Assembly: GCA_028716365.1 (NCBI GenBank)
Contig: JAQUPZ010000001.1
Span: 839,393 to 903,392, forward strand
DNA: 64,000 nucleotides
Direction of reading: 5' to 3'
DNA from: Kiritimatiellia bacterium
GTDB lineage: Bacteria; Verrucomicrobiota; Kiritimatiellia; UBA8416; YA12-FULL-48-11
The notes beneath the pieces are model-generated. The model ran no database searches. It was not told the origin of the DNA and was given only the letters and a program-made list of their open reading frames with translations. A program made the translations under genes and the position numbers. Shown one piece after another: positions 31,545-41,364 of the stretch (the first letter of the stretch is position 1; each line of letters starts with the position of its first letter).

Positions 31545-33317
31545 ATGATAGTGATCAGAAAATTCATCTGGGATGTGGTATTAGTGTTTGTAATTTCCAT
31601 TCCTTATACTTTGGTCGCCGCTGACAATGTAACGGTGAAATGGGCAAAAGGTAAACAACCTGCGACAGAAGCTTTTCCGGAAATGCGCAAATTGTGGGAC
31701 CGGGAGCCGCCGGCGCCTTCAAAACCGGCAGATGAAAGAACAGAAAAACTGTTCCGGGTAGCTGAAAAAAACGGACGTAGCGCTGCAGAAGGACTTTACC
31801 GGTGTCGAAAATATGTAGATGGGTGGATAATATATGCCGATCCGGAAACTGGTCTCATTCCTCGAGGTCTTGGAAAAGGTAAATGGCTGCATGGTGTCAA
31901 CACATCTGATGTATGGAACGGGCGGGATGCGGGTGCAGACAATTATGCCTTTATGGTTCTTACCTGTGCCATTACTGACCGCACGATGTTTGAGGGACGG
32001 ATGCTTGATATCCTCAAGGCGGAAATCAAGTATTGCAGTCGTGTTGACCGGCTGGGTGACAATTATTGCTTCTCAACCCGGAAGTTTGTTACGGACCAGC
32101 CGATTCTTGATGAAATCATATTCGATAATGCCGAATATGTTAAGGACGGATTGATTCCTCTGACTGAGTGGCTGGGTAAAAGTCCCTGGTCTGACCGGGC
32201 GGTGGCCCTTATCGAGGACATCTGGAAAAATGCATCTGTTGACACGCCTTTCGGAAAGATTCCCACACTGAACTTTGAGGTCAACGGTGACCTTCTTCAG
32301 GCGTGTTCGCGATTCTACTGGTTCACTGGTGAAAGAAAATTCCTGGACTGGGCCATTCGCCTGGGTGATTACTATTTGCTTGGCGATCATCATCCGACCC
32401 GTAACATGAAGGAACTCCGTTTGCGTGACCACGGTTGTGAAGTGATCAACGGCCTGACCGAACTCTATGCGGCATTGAAGCACGCACAGCCTGAGAAAGC
32501 GGAGACATACCGGAAGCCAATTCACGACATGTTTGACAGGATTCTTGCCGTTGGTCGTAATGAACACGGTATGCTTTATAACTCTTTCAATCCCCAGACT
32601 GGTGAACACGGCAAGGGAATTTGTGATACCTGGGGCTATAACTACGATGGGTTCTATACTGTGTATCTCCTGGACAAGACCGAAACATATCGCGATGCAG
32701 TACGGCAGGCGATGGGTAATCTTCAGGCTCATTACACAAACTATTTATGGGAAGGTCAGAGTTCGGACGGTTATGCTGATTCAGTTGAAAGCGGGATCAA
32801 CCTTTATAACCGCGAACCAATTGCTTCTACGGCTGGCTGGATAGATAGCGAAATCAGAGTAATGTGGGCCAAGCAGCATGACGATGGGGTCATTGAAGGC
32901 TGGCATGGTGATGGTAATTTTGCCCGTACGACGGTCATGTACGTATTATGGAAAACGCAGGGAATTCGTGTTGAACCATGGCGTCCGGATGTAAGGATTG
33001 GAACGGTACGTGAAGGTGATACTCTGTTCATAAGTCTTGCTGTTGACCAGCCGTGGTCTGGTAAAGTTGTTTTTGACCAGCCGCGCCATAAGGTTAATCT
33101 GCACATGCCTATTGATTATCCACGAATCAACCAGTTTCCCGAATGGTTTACTGTTGAGGATAGTACCCGTTACGAGGTGAAAAACCTTGCCGATAGCAAA
33201 CCTGAAGAACATGATGGGAAGGAAATGTCCTCAGGTATTCCGGTAACAGTTCCGGCTAACACAGAGTTGAGGTTAACAGTAAAGAAGAAATTGAAAGACG
33301 GTTTGGGAAATACCTGA
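31545..33317 (+). CDS. Secreted hypothetical protein, possibly (alpha/alpha)6-barrel glycoside hydrolase/lyase-like
   Basis: A signal peptide follows the ATG at 31545. The fold guess is weak. Confidence 0.35.
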   Translation: MIVIRKFIWDVVLVFVISIPYTLVAADNVTVKWAKGKQPATEAFPEMRKLWDREPPAPSKPADERTEKLFRVAEKNGRSAAEGLYRCRKYVDGWIIYADPETGLIPRGLGKGKWLHGVNTSDVWNGRDAGADNYAFMVLTCAITDRTMFEGRMLDILKAEIKYCSRVDRLGDNYCFSTRKFVTDQPILDEIIFDNAEYVKDGLIPLTEWLGKSPWSDRAVALIEDIWKNASVDTPFGKIPTLNFEVNGDLLQACSRFYWFTGERKFLDWAIRLGDYYLLGDHHPTRNMKELRLRDHGCEVINGLTELYAALKHAQPEKAETYRKPIHDMFDRILAVGRNEHGMLYNSFNPQTGEHGKGICDTWGYNYDGFYTVYLLDKTETYRDAVRQAMGNLQAHYTNYLWEGQSSDGYADSVESGINLYNREPIASTAGWIDSEIRVMWAKQHDDGVIEGWHGDGNFARTTVMYVLWKTQGIRVEPWRPDVRIGTVREGDTLFISLAVDQPWSGKVVFDQPRHKVNLHMPIDYPRINQFPEWFTVEDSTRYEVKNLADSKPEEHDGKEMSSGIPVTVPANTELRLTVKKKLKDGLGNT

Positions 33318-33345
33318 ATGATTATTTGAGAAAGGATAATTTAAG

Positions 33346-33981
33346 ATGAATACAGTTCTTGAGAAAATCGGAGTAATGAAACTGGTTCCTGCCGTGATAC
33401 TTCAAAAGGCGGAAGATGCATCACCTCTGGCGGATGCGCTGGTAAAGGGCGGCTTGCCCTGCGCAGAAATAACTTTTCGTACAGCGGCTGCAGCCGAAGC
33501 GATAAACATCATGGCAAAGCGCGGTGATTTGCTGGTCGGTGCCGGAACGGTACTGAGTGTTGATCAGGTTAAACAGGCGGTGGACAACGGTGCGACATAT
33601 ATTGTTGCGCCGGGTTTTAGCGAAAAAGTTGTTGGTTACTGCGTTTCGGAAAACATTACAATAATTCCCGGGGTATCGACAGCGACAGAAATTACATCAG
33701 CTCTTGAAGCAGGACTCGATGTGGTGAAGTTCTTTCCCGCAGATGCGTGTGGAGGATTGAAAGCGCTGAAGGCGTTAAGCGGGCCATTCCCTATGATGAA
33801 ATTTATTCCCACAGGCGGAATAGATTCGGTAAATATGATTGAGTATTTGAAGTTTCCAAAAGTAATGGCATGTGGTGGTTCGTGGATGGTCAAGTCCGAT
33901 CTGATAAAGGAAAAGAAATTTGACGAAATCCAGCGGATCACCCATCAGGCCGTAACGATTGCCGGGACAATAAAGCATTAA
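33346..33981 (+). CDS. eda: 2-dehydro-3-deoxyphosphogluconate (KDPG) aldolase
   Basis: Eda-family conservation is clear (VPVIL...GLPCAEITFRT...GAGTVL...YIVAPG...IPGVSTATEI...VKFFPA). A good SD lies upstream. Confidence 0.8.
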   Translation: MNTVLEKIGVMKLVPAVILQKAEDASPLADALVKGGLPCAEITFRTAAAAEAINIMAKRGDLLVGAGTVLSVDQVKQAVDNGATYIVAPGFSEKVVGYCVSENITIIPGVSTATEITSALEAGLDVVKFFPADACGGLKALKALSGPFPMMKFIPTGGIDSVNMIEYLKFPKVMACGGSWMVKSDLIKEKKFDEIQRITHQAVTIAGTIKH

Positions 33982-34010
33982 TGATAAATGCAGGACGGCG
34001 GGACATACAA

Positions 34011-35324
34011 ATGATAGAGAAAAAGACATGTATAGTGGTAATTTTCTTTGCACTACTGATTGTCGTACCGTCAGTACGTGCGGATTGGCCTGAAATTCGC
34101 GGCCCTTTTGGGGATGGACATGTTTCGGCGCCGGGTAACACAAAACCAATTGGTCTTCCGCTTCGCTGGGGTGAAAATGAGAACGTTAAATGGAAGACGG
34201 AGATTCCTCACCGCGGCTGGTCCACACCTGTTGTGCTTGGTAACCAGATATGGCTGACAACGGCCACGACAAATGGCAATGATTTCTTTGCGATCTGCGT
34301 CGATGCCGATACCGGAAAGATCGTCTTCAATCAAAAGTTGTTTCACTGCGACAATCCGGAACCGCTTGCTAATAATGTGAATTGTTATGCAGCGCCGTCG
34401 CCGGCGATTGAACAGGGGCGGGTTTATGTACATTTTGGCAGTTATGGTACGGCCTGTCTTGACACATCCAATGCCGGGATTATCTGGCAGCGTAATGATC
34501 TTCCGTGTCGTCATTATCGCGGACCCGGTTCATCGATAATTCTTTTTGAAGACCTTCTGATGCTTACGATGGATGGCGTCGATGTTCAATACATTGTTGC
34601 GCTTGACAAGAAGACCGGTAAAACAGTCTGGAAAACTGATCGCACGGCCATCTGGAATGACCTGGGCCCTGACGGTAAACCTTTTAGAGAGGGCGATTGC
34701 CGCAAGGCCTACAGTATCCCGCTGATTGTGAATGTTGGCGGAAAATACCAGATGTTCACGCCCAGTGCGAAGGCCATGTATGCGTATGAACCAAAGACCG
34801 GTGTGGAATTGTGGAAGGTACGGCATATTTGTTATTCTTCCGTGGCGCGGCCACTTTTCAGTAAAGGACTTGTTATGATGGCTACAGGCATGCCGAAGTT
34901 GGAAATGCTGGCCATCAAGGTTGATGGACAGGGAGATGTGACCGATTCGCATGTGGTCTGGAGGATTGGCAAGGCTGTCGGGCGGATACCGTCACCGATA
35001 CTCGTTGATGATCTGCTTTATTTGATCAGCGATGATGGCACTGTCACATGTCTTGAGGTTGCGACAGGACAACAAGTCTGGCAGGAACGTATCCGCAGTA
35101 ATTATTACTCTTCGCCAATTTATGGTGATGGACGTATTTATTTTTTCAGTAATCTGGGTAAGACAACAGTACTCAAGGCGGGGCGAACTTACGGGGTTTT
35201 GGCAACGAACACGCTTGAAAACGGTTTCATGGCATCGCCGGCGGTATTGGGCAAGTCGCTTATCTTGAGAACCAAGACACATCTCTATCGTATCGAGGAA
35301 TCTGCAACTTCATCAGGTAAATAA
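34011..35324 (+). CDS. Secreted PQQ-repeat (BamB-like) beta-propeller protein
   Basis: A signal peptide follows the ATG at 34011. PQQ-type repeats are present. Confidence 0.6.
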   Translation: MIEKKTCIVVIFFALLIVVPSVRADWPEIRGPFGDGHVSAPGNTKPIGLPLRWGENENVKWKTEIPHRGWSTPVVLGNQIWLTTATTNGNDFFAICVDADTGKIVFNQKLFHCDNPEPLANNVNCYAAPSPAIEQGRVYVHFGSYGTACLDTSNAGIIWQRNDLPCRHYRGPGSSIILFEDLLMLTMDGVDVQYIVALDKKTGKTVWKTDRTAIWNDLGPDGKPFREGDCRKAYSIPLIVNVGGKYQMFTPSAKAMYAYEPKTGVELWKVRHICYSSVARPLFSKGLVMMATGMPKLEMLAIKVDGQGDVTDSHVVWRIGKAVGRIPSPILVDDLLYLISDDGTVTCLEVATGQQVWQERIRSNYYSSPIYGDGRIYFFSNLGKTTVLKAGRTYGVLATNTLENGFMASPAVLGKSLILRTKTHLYRIEESATSSGK

Positions 35325-35437
35325 CAGACTTTTCTGCTTATTGAGATGTCTATTGACTTTTTGTCTGAAATTTCTGCAAATACCCGGAATCAATTCATAA
35401 TTTTCAGAAAACATCAATTAATGGAAGGAAGAAAAAA

Positions 35438-36172
35438 ATGAAGTTCAACCGTGGTCTGGTCAGTATTGTTGCGTCTATTGGTCTTCTGCATGGTATTTGC
35501 GTTGCACAGACAAATTCGCTCGCCACAACGTCGGTGGGCAAGGAAAATGAAGCGTGGTGGAAAAAAAGACATGAGGCCAAGGTTGAACTGGCGAAGCAGG
35601 GCAATGTGGATCTTCTTTGGATAGGTGATTCAATAACTCACGGATTTGAAGGCGGTGGCAAGGCCATGTGGGAAAAGTATTACGCACCGCGCCATGCACT
35701 GAATATTGGCTTCAGTGCCGACAGAACGGAACATGTACTGTGGCGGCTGGATAATGGCGAAATAGATGGGATTTCTCCGAAGCTGGCCATCATAATGCTT
35801 GGCACAAACAATACCGGTCACCGCAAGGACAAACCCGAGGAAATAGCGGAAGGCATAAAACTTATTTGTGAAAAACTGCGGACAAAACTGCCGAACATGA
35901 AGGTCCTTGTTCTCGGAATCTTTCCCCGCGGCGAAAAATCGACTGATTTTGGCAGGATGAATAATGATGAGGCGAATAAACTGATTGCCAAACTGGTGGA
36001 CGACAAGAATATTTTCTTCCTGAATATCAATGACAAGTTTCTTGGACCTGATGGTGTTCTTTCAAAGGAAATCATGCCGGATTTCCTGCATCCCAATCCC
36101 AAGGGTTACCAGATTTGGGCAGAAACGATTGAACCTACCGTAGCGAAGCTGATGGGTGAAGAGAAGAAATAG
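35438..36172 (+). CDS. SGNH/GDSL hydrolase (esterase/acetylesterase)
   Basis: A signal peptide is present. The GDSIT block I ([11 protein letters not shown]) and block III (GTNN) are present. Confidence 0.75.
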   Translation: MKFNRGLVSIVASIGLLHGICVAQTNSLATTSVGKENEAWWKKRHEAKVELAKQGNVDLLWIGDSITHGFEGGGKAMWEKYYAPRHALNIGFSADRTEHVLWRLDNGEIDGISPKLAIIMLGTNNTGHRKDKPEEIAEGIKLICEKLRTKLPNMKVLVLGIFPRGEKSTDFGRMNNDEANKLIAKLVDDKNIFFLNINDKFLGPDGVLSKEIMPDFLHPNPKGYQIWAETIEPTVAKLMGEEKK

Positions 36173-36389
36173 CTGTTTCACTCAAGAACAAACAGTATTT
36201 CAGTTACGAAAAAGGCCAAAGTTTGCGGGACCGTGACTTTGTGGGCCGTTTTCATTCGTTTTTTTCCGCATATTCTAGTGTCATAATCCGTTTTAAATAC
36301 AATATCTTATTAGAGTTCCATGCCCGGTTATAGAACCGACTAAAACCGGGTTTCCACTTGAAACAACAGAAAGGCAGGTATGTAAAACC

Positions 36390-37817
36390 ATGTATCGGAA
36401 AACAAGAATTAATCGTCGCAGTTTTATCAAGGGACTTTGTGCCGCTGGTGGCTGTGCCCTGGTATCTCCGCTTATCCTGCCGTCACGCGGTTTTAGTGCC
36501 GATGTTGTATCTCCGGGCAACAAGCTCAATATTGCCGTTATTGGTGCAGGTATACGCAGTCGTACCGCGCTCATCCCTGAAGTTCTGCGACAGGGCGATA
36601 ACATCACGGTCCTCTGTGATGTGGATGTGGCCCAGATCGACTTGATGAGGAAACACATCTCCCAAAAAGTTGAAAATGTTGGTGCGGCATCAATGGCGAA
36701 AGTGAAAATATATGATGACTATCGTAAACTGCTGGAATCGGAAAAATCGCTTGATGCAGTTATTATTGCCCCAGGTGCCCGATGGCATGCGCCGCTTTCG
36801 GCGGTGTTTATGAAAGCCGGGAAACATGTCTATTGCGAAAAACCGCTTGTACACAAATTGACCGAGGCACGCGAGCTGGAGGAGCTGGCTCGTACAAGTA
36901 AGGTTGTCACACAGACTGGTACGCAGGGTGGAAGTACAAAAACATTCCGTCGCTCCCTGGAAATAATACAGGCTGGAGTACTGGGCCAGGTCCGCGAGGT
37001 TCATATGTGGTGTTGCATGTTTCCCATGTACCCGCCGAGCCATGATCGGCCTGCAGGAGAGGACCCGGTACCTGAAGGCTTTAACTGGGATTTCTGGCTG
37101 GGGCCTGCGCCGTACCGCCCGTTCAAGAAAGATGTCTATCATCCCGGCAGTCTAAAATACCTGCCATGGCTTGAATTCAGTGACGGCATGCTGGCCGGCT
37201 TTGGTTCACACACGTTCTACCTGCCTATCCGGGCTTTGAATCTCGACGCTCCGGTCCGTGTTGAAGCGGATAACAATGAGCCGATCAGGGAAACCTATAC
37301 TTCCGCCGGCAGGTTCCGGTTTGATTTTGCTGCACGTGGCAAGCTGGATCCTGTGACGCTCTGGTGGACAGACGGTAACAGATATCCGCCTGAAGAAGTT
37401 ACCGCGAGCCTGAAAATCCTTTACCGTCAAGTTCCGAAAGTGGGTTGTCTATTTCTCGGCGAGAAAGGTGAAATGTATACCGGCGGCTGGGGTGGCGAAG
37501 GCTTGCTGAAAATGAAAGGCAATGATAAATGGCGCGGCGTGCTCGATCACGAGGCGGGCAAGCCTGTGCCGCAGACCCTGCCTCGAGTGGAAGGCGATAA
37601 CCACATGCGGGAATGGCTGCAGGCATGTAAGGGAGGGGCACCAACATTCAGCAGTATCGAAGTTGGTGCGAAATGCACTGAAGTTTTTATGCCCGGTATC
37701 CTGTCGCTAAGGCTTGCCAAGCCCATCGAATGGGACGGTGTGAATCTGAAGGCCAAAAATGCGCCTGAAGCTGATCAGCTGATTCAGAAGAATTACAGGA
37801 TGAAGTGGCTGAGCTAA
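36390..37817 (+). CDS. Tat-exported Gfo/Idh/MocA family oxidoreductase
   Basis: A twin-arginine motif (RRSFIKG) is present. A Rossmann motif (IAVIGAGIRSR) and the Gfo/Idh/MocA C-terminal domain are present. Confidence 0.8.
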   Translation: MYRKTRINRRSFIKGLCAAGGCALVSPLILPSRGFSADVVSPGNKLNIAVIGAGIRSRTALIPEVLRQGDNITVLCDVDVAQIDLMRKHISQKVENVGAASMAKVKIYDDYRKLLESEKSLDAVIIAPGARWHAPLSAVFMKAGKHVYCEKPLVHKLTEARELEELARTSKVVTQTGTQGGSTKTFRRSLEIIQAGVLGQVREVHMWCCMFPMYPPSHDRPAGEDPVPEGFNWDFWLGPAPYRPFKKDVYHPGSLKYLPWLEFSDGMLAGFGSHTFYLPIRALNLDAPVRVEADNNEPIRETYTSAGRFRFDFAARGKLDPVTLWWTDGNRYPPEEVTASLKILYRQVPKVGCLFLGEKGEMYTGGWGGEGLLKMKGNDKWRGVLDHEAGKPVPQTLPRVEGDNHMREWLQACKGGAPTFSSIEVGAKCTEVFMPGILSLRLAKPIEWDGVNLKAKNAPEADQLIQKNYRMKWLS

Positions 37818-37880
37818 TGGCGTCAGGTTTGTCGTGTTGCTGGAGTGAATGACAGAATAATATAACGATTCAGGAGTTGA

Positions 37881-39998
37881 ATGATGATTAAGATGTTCAA
37901 TATCAAGCATATGATGGTCCTGTGTGTGGTGGTGTTTCTTGTTTTCCCTGTCTTGAGTCCGTCAGAGGCGATGGCTAAAGACAAGAAAGTTGTTCTGCTG
38001 GCTGGTGTAAAAAGCCATAAGCCCGGAGAACATGAATATGAGAAGACCATGATGCTGTTCATGCATTGCCTGGATACCGCACCGAATGTTAAGAGAGTGA
38101 GTACGGAAGTCCATGTCAACGGCTGGCCGCAGGATGAGAAAATACTGGATGATGCTGATACGATTGTCATTTTCTGTGATGGTGGCAGTAAGGGGCTCCA
38201 GCATCCACTTCTAAAGGATGGCCACATGGCAGTTCTGGAGAAGCAGATGAAACGGGGTTGCGGCCTCGTTGTCATACATTGGGCTTTGAATCTACCGTCA
38301 AAGATTGGCAACGAAACATTTCTTCGATGGATTGGCGGGTTTAAAGACTACGAGAATCCGCCGCGCCCGATCGGTGAACAACTGAAAGTTCAGGACTGGT
38401 CCAAACAGGCGAAACATCCGATCTGCCGCGGCTTGAAACCATTCGAGATGCCAAAGGACGAGTATAAAACCCCTGAACGTTTTCTGTCGGATCAGCCGGG
38501 ATTTATCCCGATCCTGCCGTTCCCCGGTGAACCTGGTTCACCTCTTTGGGCCTGGGCCTGGGAACGTGAGGACGGCGGTCGCGGATTTGGTTTCATAGGT
38601 GGACACCTCCATGAGATATGGAACATCGAAGACCTGCGGAAGACCATGCTTAATGCTATTCTATGGACAGCCAAAGCAGCGGTTCCTGATGATGGTGTAA
38701 TATCGATGCTTCCAGTAGTTGCCAAAACTCCTCCAGAACCTGTTTTTATTCCAATAAAGATCGATGGCCCCATGAACAATCCGGCTATCGGGAGTTACTG
38801 GTACGGCCCGTTTAATGAATCTTGCTCCCTGGTGGATGTCAACGGTGATGGCGAAGTTGATATTACCTGTGGTGTCAATTGGTATGAAGCACCTAAATGG
38901 AAAAAGCATGCCTGTTATTTTGAGGGCGCAGAACAACGTAACTTTCTATATGGTCATTGCGATGAAACAGCCATGGACGTAAACAGGGACGGATTGGTCG
39001 ATGTGGTCAATTCGGGATACCAGCCGGGTATAGCCGGTGTGTTGTGGCACGAAAACCCCGGCAAAGGTGGCGGCAAGTGGAAGGTACACCGTGTTCATGC
39101 CTCGCCATTCATGGAAGGTGTGGTTCAGGTCGATATCAATGGTGACGGCCAAAAAGATTTATTGATGAATCATTTCCGCAGATACGGTGGGGCGGAAGGC
39201 GAAGGATCTGTTGCTCACATGGAGGCAATTGGCTGGTTGGAATCAATCGACAAGGAACCATGGCTTGTCACTCATGTCATTGCACCTGAATCGGAAGACC
39301 ACGGCATTGGTGCGGGTGATATTAGTGGTGATGGTCGCGTGGATGTAGTTACCAAGCACGGTTGGTACGAGGCGCCGTCCAATCCCTCTTCAGGCAACTG
39401 GCAGTTTCATAAGGACTTCGAACTGCCGTTCAGGGCCTCGTTACCCATGGTGGTTATTGACGTTAATGGTGACAAGTTGAATGACATTATTGTCGGCAAT
39501 GGTCACGGGTACGGTTTGTTCTGGCTGGAGCAGCGTGTTGATTCTCAGGGGAAACGTGAATTCCTGCAGCATGCGATAGAGGAACATTATGGCAATTTTC
39601 ATACCGTTACATTGGCCGATCTGAACGGCGACGGCAAGCTGGACCTGGTTGCCGGCAAGAGGCTGCTTGGTCACGATGGCCGTGATGGCGGCGAGTGGGA
39701 TCCACTGTTTCTTTTCTGGTACGATATTCAGGGGGGTAAATTTGAACGGCACCTGATTTCGTTCAATAATCTCCAGTATTATCCTGGTCTTGAGAATTTT
39801 AACGAGCCTCCACAATATGCGCCCGGGACGGGTATGAGGATCACCGTTGGTGATGTCACTGGTGACGGCAAACCCGACATTGTTGTGGCCGGTCGTGGCG
39901 GATTGTATGCCTTCATCAATCGCGGTATGACGCCTAAAACGAAATCCGAAAATCCCAAGGTTCCGCTGATCGGCGATAAAATTCCGGACCTGAAGTGA
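37881..39998 (+). CDS. Secreted ThuA-like (class I GATase-like) domain fused to FG-GAP/VCBS-repeat beta-propeller
   Basis: A signal peptide is present. The N-terminus has ThuA-like blocks (KKVVLLAG...DADTIVIFCDGG). The C-terminus has six or more D(V/I/L)NGDGxxD repeats. Confidence 0.65.
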   Translation: MMIKMFNIKHMMVLCVVVFLVFPVLSPSEAMAKDKKVVLLAGVKSHKPGEHEYEKTMMLFMHCLDTAPNVKRVSTEVHVNGWPQDEKILDDADTIVIFCDGGSKGLQHPLLKDGHMAVLEKQMKRGCGLVVIHWALNLPSKIGNETFLRWIGGFKDYENPPRPIGEQLKVQDWSKQAKHPICRGLKPFEMPKDEYKTPERFLSDQPGFIPILPFPGEPGSPLWAWAWEREDGGRGFGFIGGHLHEIWNIEDLRKTMLNAILWTAKAAVPDDGVISMLPVVAKTPPEPVFIPIKIDGPMNNPAIGSYWYGPFNESCSLVDVNGDGEVDITCGVNWYEAPKWKKHACYFEGAEQRNFLYGHCDETAMDVNRDGLVDVVNSGYQPGIAGVLWHENPGKGGGKWKVHRVHASPFMEGVVQVDINGDGQKDLLMNHFRRYGGAEGEGSVAHMEAIGWLESIDKEPWLVTHVIAPESEDHGIGAGDISGDGRVDVVTKHGWYEAPSNPSSGNWQFHKDFELPFRASLPMVVIDVNGDKLNDIIVGNGHGYGLFWLEQRVDSQGKREFLQHAIEEHYGNFHTVTLADLNGDGKLDLVAGKRLLGHDGRDGGEWDPLFLFWYDIQGGKFERHLISFNNLQYYPGLENFNEPPQYAPGTGMRITVGDVTGDGKPDIVVAGRGGLYAFINRGMTPKTKSENPKVPLIGDKIPDLK

Positions 39999-40028
39999 GC
40001 ATTTACAACTATAGGAGAAAAAACTGCA

Positions 40029-40808
40029 ATGAGACCCGTAAATATGATCCGGTACTTTCTAACCGTACTGATTGTTGTGGTCCTCGTGTCGATTGACTTG
40101 GGGATATCTGCTCCGGCTTTATCCGGTAAAGCTAAAATACTGGTTCTTACCGGTAACGAGTATCCCGGGCATAAATGGCGTGAAACTGCTCCATTAATTG
40201 CTAAGTTTCTTGCGACTGATTCACGGCTGACGGCTGAGGTCAATAATGACCCGCAGTTTCTTGCTTCTCCACAGTTACACGAGTATGACGCAATCGTACT
40301 CAACTATCTTAACTGGAAGTGCCCTGATCCCGGTGAAAAGGCCCGCGCGAACTTAAAGAAATTTGTAGAAGGTGGAAAAGGGCTTGTGATTGTGCATAAT
40401 GCGTGTGCTGCTTTCGGGGAATGGCCAGAGTTCAAGGAAATTGCCGGTCGCGCATGGAACCCGAATCGTGTACACGGCCATGATCCTAATGGATCGTTTC
40501 AGGTCGAAATTACAAATGTAGATCATCCGATCACGAAGGGAATGAAGTCATTTGTGACAACGGATGAACTGTACACCTGCCTTTTGACCAATGGTCCTCC
40601 GGTCGAGGTTCTGGCCAAGGCCATGTCGAAAGTCGAAAAGAAGGATCATCCGATGGTCATTGTAAATCATTACGGGAAAGGGCGCGTGTTTCTCTGCGTT
40701 TTGGGGCATGACGTGGCGGCTCTCAGCGTTGAAGCTGTACAGGAACTTTATCGACGCGGGACTGCCTGGACTGCTAGATTGTCGCCTGATAATGGAGAGG
40801 TATATTGA
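40029..40808 (+). CDS. Secreted ThuA family protein
   Basis: A signal peptide is present. ThuA-like blocks are present (KILVLTGNEYPGHKW, YDAIVLNY, GKGLVIVHNA). Confidence 0.65.
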   Translation: MRPVNMIRYFLTVLIVVVLVSIDLGISAPALSGKAKILVLTGNEYPGHKWRETAPLIAKFLATDSRLTAEVNNDPQFLASPQLHEYDAIVLNYLNWKCPDPGEKARANLKKFVEGGKGLVIVHNACAAFGEWPEFKEIAGRAWNPNRVHGHDPNGSFQVEITNVDHPITKGMKSFVTTDELYTCLLTNGPPVEVLAKAMSKVEKKDHPMVIVNHYGKGRVFLCVLGHDVAALSVEAVQELYRRGTAWTARLSPDNGEVY

Positions 40809-41364
40809 GGTGGAAGAGAAAGAACTCATAATCAAGTCCCAGCAGGGCGATATTGATGCCTTTTCCGGACTGGTCAAACTGTATCAGGGAAATATTCGCG
40901 CGTGTCTTGCTGTACGCCTTACTAATACCTTTGAAGCTGACGATCTGGCCCAGGAGACGTTCATTGTGGCTTTCCGTAAGATAAATGACTTTGATTCTAC
41001 CCGTCCATTTGGCCCATGGCTGAGATCGATAGCGTTCAACCTGCTCCGCAATTTCTGGCACAAGCATAAAGCGGAACCCGTTGGCCATTCAGAGGAACTT
41101 GCCCTGCTGGTGGACGAGCACATTGCCCTGAATTATTCGGAGCGGAATGAACTGAATGCACTTAATACCCTGCGTGAATGCATGAAGAAACTCGACGAGT
41201 CGATGCGCAGGCTCGTTGAATTGCGTTACCATGAGAATCTCCCGCTGGCTGATCTTATGAAGAAGCTGAATATAAATCATTCCACTCTGACCATGCGCCT
41301 TCACCGTGTAAGGTTTTCGCTGAAGCAGTGCGTGGAGACCAATCTCGAAGGTGTTTCTTCATGA
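40792..41364 (+). CDS. ECF-type RNA polymerase sigma-70 factor
   Basis: Sigma region 2 (DDLAQETFIVAF) and region 4 (LRYHENLPLADLMKKLN) are present. The gene overlaps the next gene by ATGA. Confidence 0.8.
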   Translation: MERYIEVEEKELIIKSQQGDIDAFSGLVKLYQGNIRACLAVRLTNTFEADDLAQETFIVAFRKINDFDSTRPFGPWLRSIAFNLLRNFWHKHKAEPVGHSEELALLVDEHIALNYSERNELNALNTLRECMKKLDESMRRLVELRYHENLPLADLMKKLNINHSTLTMRLHRVRFSLKQCVETNLEGVSS

